Shown here: piece after piece, positions 12,880-23,700 of the stretch
How positions within the stretch are numbered: the first letter of the stretch is position 1
How the letters are laid out: each line of letters begins with the position of its first letter
Source of the DNA: Octopus bimaculoides
Taxonomy: Eukaryota
Length of the DNA stretch: 49,143 nucleotides
Reading direction: 5' to 3'
NCBI RefSeq assembly: GCF_001194135.2
Contig: NC_068983.1
Span: forward strand, 116,092,478-116,141,620
Position numbers and translations under genes: made by a program
The notes under the pieces: generated by a model
The model's database searches: none
What the model was told of the DNA's origin: nothing
The model's input: only the letters and a program-made list of their open reading frames with translations

Positions 12880-13050
12880 CACACACACATACAGTGGGCT
12901 TCTTTTAGTTTCCGTCTATCAAATCCACTCACAAGGTTTTGGTGGGCCTGAGGCTATAGCAGAAAACATTTGTCCAAGGGGTCATGCAGTGGGACTGAAC
13001 TTAGAACTATGTGGTTGGGAGGCAAACTTCTTACTACACAGCCACACCTG
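12880..13050 (-). mobile_element. CORE-like SINE, 5' half
   Basis: caaatccactcacaagg...gggactgaac matches the family. Confidence 0.8.
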
Positions 13051-13203
13051 CATGACTTAAGGAGGAAGGACGATTGTAATTAACTAAATTTTAATTTGAG
13101 ATGGGTTAGGGTTAGTTTCTTTCTGTTTAGTAAACTGTGTGGAGCTGCTTTTAATGATAGAAACTGATCATGACCATATAAGTACCTAAAAAAAATAGAC
13201 TAT

Positions 13204-13605
13204 AGGCACAGGAGTGGCTGTGGGGTAAGTAGCTTGCTTACCAACCACATGGTTCTGGGTTCAGTCCCACTGCATGGCACCTTGGGCAAGTGTCTTCTAC
13301 TATAGCCTCGGGCCGACCAAAGCCTTGTGAGTGGATTTGGTAGACGGAAACTGAAAGAAACCCGTCGTATATATGTATATATAGATATATGTTTGTGTGT
13401 CTGTGTTTGTCTCCCCCAACTTTGCTTGACAACCGAGGCTGGTGTGTTTACGTCCCCGTAACTTAGCGGTTCGGCAAAAAGAGACCCATAGAATAAGTAC
13501 TAGGCTCACAAAGAATAAGTCCTGGGGTCGATTTGCTCGACTAAAAGTGGTGCCCCAGCATGGCCGCAGTCAAATGACTGAAACAAGTAAAAGAGTAAAA
13601 GAGTA
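13204..13605 (+). mobile_element. Near-complete tRNA-derived CORE-like SINE
   Basis: A-box-like TGGCTGTGGGG, B-box GGTTCAGTCCC, GCACCTTGGGCAAGTG core, tail GAAACAAGTAAAAGAGTAAAAGAG. Confidence 0.9.
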
Positions 13606-13624
13606 TTGTAGAATTCTGAAAGGC

Positions 13625-13810
13625 ACATTTTGTGTGTGTGTGTGTCTTTGTGTTTGTCCCACACCACTGCTTGACAACTGGTGCTGTTGTGTTTATGTCC
13701 CAATAACTTAGCAGTTTGGCAAAAGAGATTGATAGAATAAGTACCAGGCTTTAAAACAAAAGTACTGGGGTCAACCCATTTGACTAAAATCCCTCAAGGC
13801 GGTGCCCAGC
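13625..13810 (+). mobile_element. SINE 3' half (tandem second copy)
   Basis: Repeats 13400-13560 with divergence. Confidence 0.75.
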
Positions 13811-14259
13811 ACTAAAAACATGTAAAATATAAAAAGTGCTAAGTATTTTATTTAGATAATAGACTTTATCTTTGTCCACAATAATTTCAAGGGGGACATA
13901 AACACTACTGTTAACAGTAGTGTATGTTTTATTGTCGTTAGATTCTGTGACACTTTTTGAGGAGTATGTCAGCTGAAGTCAAGACGAGATCAAGTGTTCT
14001 TTTATTGAAAGTCTTTAATGCAGCAATAAAATGATAAAAATTCTGAGTGTTTATTTAAGAGTTTGAATATGGTAATGAATATTATGGAATTTCCCCCTGA
14101 AACAAATTTCAGTTTCTAAACAGACATAATTCCTTCTTACATTGTTTTCTTTTCATATTGTCTTATCCAGATGAGTTTTTAAGAGTATAATTCTGTTTTA
14201 CAGTTGAGTTGAGTCAGAATAAGATGTTGTGATGTTATCAATATCGTCTAACAAGATAA

Positions 14260-14465
14260 AGCGGTGAGTTGGCAGAATCATTAGCATGCCAGACAAAATG
14301 CTTAGCAGCATTTCATCCATCTTTGTGTTCTGAATTCAAATTCCACCAAGGTTGACTTTGCCTTTTATCCTTCCAGGGTCAACAAAATAAGTACCAGTTG
14401 AGCAATGGGGCTGATGTAATTGACTTACCTCTTCCCCAAAATTGCTGACCTTGTGCCAAAACTTG
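14260..14465 (+). mobile_element. Second tRNA-derived SINE family
   Basis: GGTGAGTTGGCAGAATC head, GTTCTGAATTCAAATTCC; a reverse copy lies at 26660-26815. Confidence 0.75.
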
Positions 14466-14684
14466 ACACCAATAATTTTTAATAGAATATATTATAACAT
14501 CTATAATGAGGTTGTCTGTTGATATCGACTCAAATATCTTTTCACAATATCTCCCTTTTAAGTGGCAAAAACACATCTTTTGATATTTGCACTCATTCTT
14601 TCCATTCTTTTGCCTGTGTCCAATATTATTGCAATGTGAATCTTAGTATTACTGGATGATATAAAATACATATTGTTACATTGG

Positions 14685-15055
14685 TGGAGGTGCAATGGCC
14701 CAGTGGTTAGGGCAGTGGACTCGTGGTCGTAGGATCGCAGTTTCGATTCCCAGACCGGGGTTTGTGAGTGTTTATTGAGCGAAAACACCTAAAAGCTCCA
14801 CGAGGCTCCGGCAGGCGATGGTGATGAACCCTGCTGTACTCTTTCACCACAACTTTCTCTCACTCTTTCTTCATATTTTTGTTGTACCTGTAATTCAAAG
14901 GGTCAGCCTTGTCACACTCTGTGTCACGCTGAATCTCCCCGAGAACTACGTTGAGGGTACACATGTCTGTGGAGTGCTCAGCAACTTGTACATTAATTTC
15001 ACAAGCAGGCTGTTCCGTTGATCGGATTAACTGGAACCCTCGACGGAGTGCCAAC
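14685..15055 (+). mobile_element. Third tRNA-derived SINE family
   Basis: TGGCCCAGTGGTTAGG A-box and TTTCGATTCCC B-box, followed by a ~300-bp non-tRNA body. Confidence 0.8.
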
Positions 15056-16534
15056 CACTATTGTTACATTGAATTAAATAACTTTTGGAATATGTTACCA
15101 TTTAGAAAATGTACATTCATTAGTGTGTTGCTTGGCTCTCTCTCTTTGAACCCATCATGTTGTAAGGTGGATTCAATTAAATCATAACCATTCAACATAA
15201 TGACTATTACAGGTTGGCAACAGGAAGGTCATTTTTGACCACAAAATGTTATCTCAAATAAGTATCAATCCAACCCATGCCAGCATGGAAACACATACAT
15301 AAAACAAATGAATGAACCAGAGCTACTGCAATCAGATATTTTGCTTCTTTCTATGATTTCACATCTGTCATTATTGTTCTTTTCAAATATTTAAATTCAT
15401 CAATTTGTTTTGTGTATATTCCTTGTCATTTCAGTTGAATTTACTATTTTCCTTTCCTTTTTACTAGTTCTCATTATTCCTGCTTTTACCACCACTTTCC
15501 ATTCTATATCTTTCTGCAAGTCCCTTCAAAGTATATTGTTAGATTCACAAGTTCTTTTTCATCTTCGTCCTTTGTCCTATTATTTATACATTCATAGAAT
15601 TCAACAATATTTGCATTATTTAAGTTTAATTTTTAAATATGTTTACTAAAATCTGCCTTAATGCTGAAAACAAAGAAAAACATTAAGGTTGTAGATTACT
15701 TTCAGTTTTTGGTTATCCTGAACAGTGCCTTTTTTTTTACATTTTTTTCTATAAAATAAGCTTAACTTGCCATTAACTAGTTTAACAAAAACGTTCATTT
15801 CACTCACTGACCATATGTTACTGCCTGTGGTGTGTACAACAGAATCAAAGATATTACTGCAGAATGATTTGGAAATGTTAGGAATCTTTCAGATGAGATA
15901 CCTTCATTCAATCCCCAAAGTATTTAGGTTTCACCATCTGCAGAATGACAACATTTTTAATAAGTTCTCTGTGCTAGCCCACTGATTCTGAATTAATTCA
16001 GAAATATCAGTCACACAGTACAGCCATGTGAACTGGACAGATCAATGAAAGCTGCCAGAGGAATGGAAATTATGCAAAAAGCACTGCAAAAGACCAGACT
16101 GAAATAATCCAAAAGATCTAGCAAAACTAAAGGTAAGCATTAAAAATGTTCAGAAACAGGCAAAAGAAAAAAAAAATAGTAGACATGAAAGGAAGCTGTT
16201 CAGAAGTGAAGTGGGTCTGTGATCTGAAGTTGAGTTTCTAATCCCTTATCTTAACAAATCCTGTTGGCTAAACAGTCAGTCTTGAATGTTGAGGATTAAC
16301 AGCTTTGTGTTAAACGTAAGCTTTTATGTGCAAGCCAATGTAAGAGTAGTTGCAAATTCATATATTAATTTTTGTCATTGTTAGTGGTTTTTGTTACTAT
16401 AACACTCAAAAAGTTACAACTTCTTAATGAAAACAAAGAGGCACAGGTATGGCTATTTGGTTAAAAAAGTTCAATTCTCAACCACATGGTTCGATAGACA
16501 GAAACTGAAAGAAGCTAGCTGTATGTGTGTATAC

Positions 16535-16578
<44 letters not shown>

Positions 16579-17468
16579 NNNNNNNNNNNNNNNNNNNNNN
16601 NNNNNNNNNNNNNNNNNNNNNNNNNNNNNNNNNNNNNNNNNNNNNNNNNNNNNNNNNNNNNNNNNNNNNNNNNNNNNNNNNNNNNNNNNNNNNNNNNNNN
16701 NNNNNNNNNNNNNNNNNNNNNNNNNNNNNNNNNNNNNNNNNNNNNNNNNNNNNNNNNNNNNNNNNNNNNNNNNNNNNNNNNNNNNNNNNNNNNNNNNNNN
16801 NNNNNNNNNNNNNNNNNNNNNNNNNNNNNNNNNNNNNNNNNNNNNNNNNNNNNNNNNNNNNNNNNNNNNNNNNNNNNNNNNNNNNNNNNNNNNNNNNNNN
16901 NNNNNNNNNNNNNNNNNNNNNNNNNNNNNNNNNNNNNNNNNNNNNNNNNNNNNNNNNNNNNNNNNNNNNNNNNNNNNNNNNNNNNNNNNNNNNNNNNNNN
17001 NNNNNNNNNNNNNNNNNNNNNNNNNNNNNNNNNNNNNNNNNNNNNNNNNNNNNNNNNNNNNNNNNNNNNNNNNNNNNNNNNNNNNNNNNNNNNNNNNNNN
17101 NNNNNNNNNNNNNNNNNNNNNNNNNNNNNNNNNNNNNNNNNNNNNNNNNNNNNNNNNNAATATTAAGTTTTACATTAATTTTTTTTCCCATGTGTTCATT
17201 GCAGGAGCAGTTATTACAGAAGTAGGTTGCTGCTAACAACTCAACAGTGAAATAGGAACAGACTTTGTTTTATGTCATTCAGAAATAACAGAGACTGGAT
17301 TTATGTGCCATGTTCAGAAGTACCATTCAATGGCTGTAGTAAAACTAACAGTAGTAAGATTTGAACTCATGACCATCTAGTCTGTAGTCTAGCAGCTGAA
17401 ATTCACAGCCACTGTTCCTCTTTGACATGAAAATGAATAAATAAAATACAAAAAAAAAAAAAATTGAT

Positions 17469-17766
17469 TTAACTGAAACGGAATAAAGTGCTGTCGCTTT
17501 CAAGTCTCATGTGAGATACACCCCACAACATTATCCAGTTTGGATAGATAGCAAAGCAAAATACTGGATATGTCCAACAAGAGAGCAGTGAATAGTCTAG
17601 AATACTTAATAAAACAGTATCTTTAAGCAAAGACCAAGCATTAATAAATATATCAATCACAGAATCTGGTCTCTGCTCATCTATTACTGAAACAATAGAA
17701 GCCAAATATATGAGGACAGGTGGTGAGACTAGTAGCAATAACACTGACTGCAAACACCGGAGCAAC
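17469..17766 (-). CDS. GPAA1: GPAA1 last coding exon ([16 protein letters not shown]...YPNWIMLWG...RFS*)
   Basis: CTTTCACAG acceptor; TAA at 17469-17471; SP and YPxW motifs of the final transmembrane helices. Confidence 0.93.
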
Positions 17767-20700
17767 CTGTGAAAGACAAATTGAAATGAATTAGTGAGTA
17801 CAAACACAGAGTAAATGGAAAATAATGAGAATCATAGCAAAAGTGCCTCGTTTGACATGCACATTCAATATGTCCCGATATGACCACAGTCAATAATATC
17901 GATTTTAACATTTATTTTATTGACTTCGGAAACATAAAAGCGAAGTCAACACAGAGAGAATAGTCATAATCAAAAATCAGAACGTATTCTACCAAATCTG
18001 CCATCTGATACATACACTCACATGTCCTCTCATATGTAAGATTTAAAAACAAACTTAGTATGAAGATGAGTATTAAAAAACAAATACTTTGTTATTGTTA
18101 AACCTTTTGATACCTAAATTCAATCTGATATAACCCTAATCCTTTGGCATATCAGGCCAAAATATTCTACCTATTTTATGTTCAGACTGGCCAGATCCAG
18201 CCTCTCACACTTACCCTACAATGTCATTCTTAAAATAAACAATCACATTCATCTAAATGTCAAAGCTATAAGATAATGTATGATTAATTCAAAACAATGT
18301 GAATAAATAAGAGTTACACTTAATAGAGTAATATGAATGCTGAAGAGTTAAAGCGAATTTGCCATTTTTCTTTTTATTTTATCATTTTATTATTTTTATT
18401 TTACAGTTTAAATTTCTTCAACTGCATAACAAAACTTGTTCTTTTCTTTTAAAAAATTGAAGGAATAAAATTCAATTCCCAAAAATGCTCTTACATTTTT
18501 GTTACTAATTTTCAATTATGATATGTAATCTGGCAATAGTTTACAAGAACTATGTATGTTATCATTCTACAAGCATCCAAGTATTAGAAAAGGCTGAACT
18601 GTTATCTAAGAAGTTTTGATACTGCAAGGGAGGTAACTCTTACTAACTAGCTAAACTAGAATGAATAATACTGGATAACTTGACAATTATGTTATACAAT
18701 TATTAACTTCCTGTAAACAAATTTTGTCTCATACAGTGCTATCAATACATGGAGATAGCCTAGGTGGACAAATAGCAATAGTAAGATGACCTGGGGCTAA
18801 ACAACAATACCTGTACTATATACCATATAAATAATATTTTGTGATATAATCTATATTATTATTCTATCTTCAGTTAATTTTGGAACATTGTGTATAGTAT
18901 TTTTGAATTTTTAAATTAAACTTCCACAAAGACATGTAACACAAGGGAATGATATCTGAATATAAATATACATATTATATTCACTGAGGGTTGGGGGTGA
19001 CGATTCTTCAAGTGGTAATGCAATAACTATTCTACATCACGAAACTGAATTCCCAATTTCGTTGTAGTATCAGTGAGAATTCCACTATCTTTACAATCGA
19101 ATTTCAATCACTTTGTTGTAAAATTGACTGTTTCCAGCTGTCATTCCATGCAATATAACTGATTTTTTTCTAAAGGAATGACATGCATTATGCAAGCATC
19201 TCTTTCCAGGGTGTCTTATCTGCAAACATCTTAGTCTTCAATCACATAATATGGCAACTGTGATTGACTAATTGCTTTATCAAGGCCATTACTCTATGAC
19301 AATGCTGCTGATTGAAATATGTCTTCCACTAAAACGCAGAAACAAGATTTATAAAAAAAATCTTTGTTTTTTTATAGATTAACTCTTTAGCATTTAAAAC
19401 TTGCCATATCTAGCCAAAATATTGTTTTAGGTTTAAACCGGCCAGATTCAGCCTCTAATACCTACTTTAGAATGGCATTCTAAAAACAGTCACATCATTG
19501 AAATCTTGAGGTTACAAGATAATGCATAATTAATTCTAAACAAAGTGAAAATAATAAGCATTGTATTTGATAGAATAGTATGAATACTAAAGGGTTAATG
19601 GGGGAACAATCAGTTTTGAGATATATGTGTAATATTTCATAAATTATTGAGTATGAGTAATGTTGTCCCCCATGTGTTGTTACATGAAACAAAAACTAGA
19701 TATATAGTGGCCTCTCCTTTCATATGGATAAGAAGTTGATCTGATGCATGTAACTTCAACCGAAAAAGACAGACAATCGAGGGTAAACTGAGACACATTC
19801 AATTAAGTTCACTACTAAGTGAATGAACAAAGCAGCAATACATATGAACTCACAACCCCAAAATTGCTAGTCAAATACTATATTTAGATGGAAGTTCCAA
19901 GAGTCAATGAGGGAACCTCTATAAAATGATATGGACCATGAAAAGAACCGCTTGACAGTCAAATCTTTCTTATATCATATCATCATCATCATCGTCGTTT
20001 AACGTCTGCTTTCCATGCTAGCATGGGTTGGACGATTTGACTGAGGACAGGTGGACCAGGAGGCGACACCAGGCTCCAATCTGATTAGGCAGAGTTTCTA
20101 CAGCTGGATGCCCTTCCTAATGCCAACCACTCCAGGAGTATAGTGACAACCACCCCAGGAGTGTAGTGCCAACCACTCCGGGAGTGTACATTTTAATAAA
20201 GGATGATTAAGATAATGTAGTTCAAGAAAGATTAGCCATAGATGGAATACTGTTGACCATGGATGTGCTCCAATCAGGGCTGATTTGTAGTTAAATAACA
20301 ATGAAAAGATTGTGCCAGATAATACTCTTGCTGTTCAAACACAGGATTCTGAGAGAAAATTGAAGTACTTACTTATTTGACACAGGTTGTACAATGACTG
20401 AAACTGGAATAATTGTAGCAGCAAGGAAAAATGCCAGAGATATGTTCATTAATGCAATTGAAAAAAGAACAAGGGATTGAAAGATGAGAGTGACACATTT
20501 TAACAGTGGCCAATCAACTTGGAAACCATTATCAAATTCATGTGGTTTTCTGAAAGAAAAAAATAAATATAAATAAACTTAAATTAAAATGTCTAAAAAT
20601 TAGTTTAACATTTTAATGGACAATATTCTGTTACATGTAAATAAACACATATAGTTAATGTCAAAAACATTATTTGCACACAAAAGGTATTTACAAGAAT

Positions 20701-23700
20701 AGTAATAGCAAGTAATATTTCAGTATATGTAGTTAAGTAGTAAGGTAATATGATATTCTCCTTGTGGAAATAATATTAAATAATATTACTATACATGGGA
20801 ACAGGTGAGAATTGGCAAGAGGAAGAGTGTCTGGCTGTTGAAAATATGCCTCAATGAATTTTGTGACACAGACAAGATTGGAAAATTGGACATTAAAACA
20901 ATGGTGATAATGACATGTAGCTCGCTAGGTCACTGGAGCATCAGCAAAAATCTTCCTATTTATGTAGTGTTATGTAGCATAACTGACATAAAGTACTAAA
21001 ACTGTTGTGTGAACGCCCTCAGGCGATAAGTAGACTAGTCTAATACATATAAATAGCTAGACGAGAAGCGTCGCATAGAGCGAGCCAGAGCCGTCAGTAG
21101 ACGTCAAGTTCTGTAGAGTCAGGTTGTCGGAAGTGAGAGTTGAGTAGAGGTCATCCGCACGTGCGATATAACAAAACCTAAAAGGCGGATGGATTCAGCA
21201 CTGCAAAAAGCAAGTAACAATGCCTTCTTCAAAAACATGAGTATTCTAAGGACTTGGCTGACAGTGATATTTAGTAATAAATATGTGCATATTATCCTCA
21301 TTTTTACATGATTTTCTATGTAAGCATGGACTAGAGAGGTCTTATCCATAGTAGTCTGGCTTCAGTCTCCTGAGATCAGCTTTCACTATGCGAAGCTTCT
21401 CTCCCTGTTATATATGCATGAATGCAGACGTAGCAGATAACATCTAGCCTTTGGCCGCATCTTTGGACCCTGTTGTGTCCACCACTCTGATTGGTTGGTC
21501 TTGGCACATTTTTGTATCTTGTTCTATTTCACGCCAGGGTGCAAACCAACCAACCGCAGCCTTCTGATGGGGTCACATGGAACAGTTTTCTGAACCCCTG
21601 TTTGAGCCGATTATTTCTAAGCACTATGTCACAAATAAATAAATTGTTGCTATTATCAAAAAATATTTATNNNNNNNNNNNNNNNNNNNNNNNNNNNNNN
21701 NNNNNNNNNNNNNNNNNNNNNNNNNNNNNNNNNNNNNNNNNNNNNNNNNNNNNNNNNNNNNNNNNNNNNNNNNNNNNNNNNNNNNNNNNNNNNNNNNNNN
21801 NNNNNNNNNNNNNNNNNNNNNNNNNNNNNNNNNNNNNNNNNNNNNNNNNNNNNNNNNNNNNNNNNNNNNNNNNNNNNNNNNNNNNNNNNNNNNNNNNNNN
21901 NNNNNNNNNNNNNNNNNNNNNNNNNNNNNNNNNNNNNNNNNNNNNNNNNNNNNNNNNNNNNNNNNNNNNNNNNNNNNNNNNNNNNNNNNNNNNNNNNNNN
22001 NNNNNNNNNNNNNNNNNNNNNNNNNNNNNNNNNNNNNNNNNNNNNNNNNNNNNNNNNNNNNNNNNNNNNNNNNNNNNNNNNNNNNNNNNNNNNNNNNNNN
22101 NNNNNNNNNNNNNNNNNNNNNNNNNNNNNNNNNNNNNNNNNNNNNNNNNNNNNNNNNNNNNNNNNNNNNNNNNNNNNNNNNNNNNNNNNNNNNNNNNNNN
22201 NNNNNNNNNNNNNNNNNNNNNNNNNNNNNNNNNNNNNNNNNNNNNNNNNNNNNNNNNNNNNNNNNNNNNNNNNNNNNNNNNNNNNNNNNNNNNNNNNNNN
22301 NNNNNNNNNNNNNNNNNNNNNNNNNNNNNNNNNNNNNNNNNNNNNNNNNNNNNNNNNNNNNNNNNNNNNNNNNNNNNNNNNNNNNNNNNNNNNNNNNNNN
22401 NNNNNNNNNNNNNNNNNNNNNNNNNNNNNNNNNNNNNNNNNNNNNNNNNNNNNNNNNNNNNNNNNNNNNNNNNNNNNNNNNNNNNNNNNNNNNNNNNNNN
22501 NNNNNNNNNNNNNNNNNNNNNNNNNNNNNNNNNNNNNNNNNNACTGCAGCAAAGACATGAGCATGGAGAAAGTTCTGGAAGGCAATGTTCTGGGATGGAA
22601 GGCCTAAGTATAGTGGTCAGTGCAGGCCACAGGAGGGGCTTAATAACAACTTATGTGATGAGAGGTAGAGGGAGAGACAGGTGAGTCTGGATTGTCTAAG
22701 TTGAGATGTCATGAGACCAGCCAATTCGAAGAAGCCCCTCTCTCCCTCTCTCTCTTTCGGAGAGGCACAAGCACATACACAGACATATACACACATGGCA
22801 GTAACTTCCGCCTACCAAATTCAATCACAAAGCTTCGGTCGGCTCAAGGTTATAGCAGAAGATACTTGCCCAAGGTGCCACGCGAGAGATTGTTATACTA
22901 ACAACAGAAAACTGTGGAGAAAAAAGAGAGCATGCCAGTGGGTCAGAAGCTGGAGCATGTCTGGGAGTGACTTAATACCAATCAGTCAAGTATACTTTCT
23001 CCATATACAGTCTAAAATGTTTATATATACAACGATAGCAAAGTTCTGTATATGAAAGTAATTATACTCCAATATGAGGTTAACTTTTTGTGTCAGTAAT
23101 TGTTAGAGGCTAAAGTATTTTCTAGCTCCAAAGAGAAGAGCCAATCTTCTGAGATGTGACCCTATGTACATTTGGTTTCATTTTTATATATTCAAATTAA
23201 CCAAATTATATATTTGTATGTAAATACTATCTTATATCTTTTATCTTTTATTTGTTTCAGTGATCAGACTGCGGCCATGCTGGGGCACCACTCTGAAGAA
23301 TTTTTAGTTGAATGAATTGACCTCAGTACTTGTTTTTTTTTTATAAGCCTGGTACTTATTCTATTAGTCTCTTCTACTGAACTGCTAAGTTATGGGGAAC
23401 ATAAACACACCAACACCTGTTATCAAGCAGGACAAACACAGACATAAAGACACATACATGTGGTTGGGAAGCAAGCTTCTTACCACACAATCACACCAAT
23501 AATGCAAAAAGACTTGCAATGGAAGTCTTTTGTTTCCACTCCAACTGATGTTAGAGTGGATTTGATCTCTGATATCAAGTCGTTGTGCTAAACCAGCTAT
23601 TACAGTTATTACCCAAAACAGTTCTTGCTACTTACCTCATCTGGGTCATTTTTCAAACTGTCATCAACTTCAATATCATTTACATCTTTAGATAATTTTT

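Noticed and set aside
14685-14775. tRNA gene (also heads at 13204 and 27345)
   Set aside because: A and B boxes are present but there is no full cloverleaf, and each runs into a SINE body.
20790-20930. Hydrophobic minus frame [15 protein letters not shown] as the missing exon
   Set aside because: No phase-0 acceptor, an upstream stop, and no resemblance to GPAA1.
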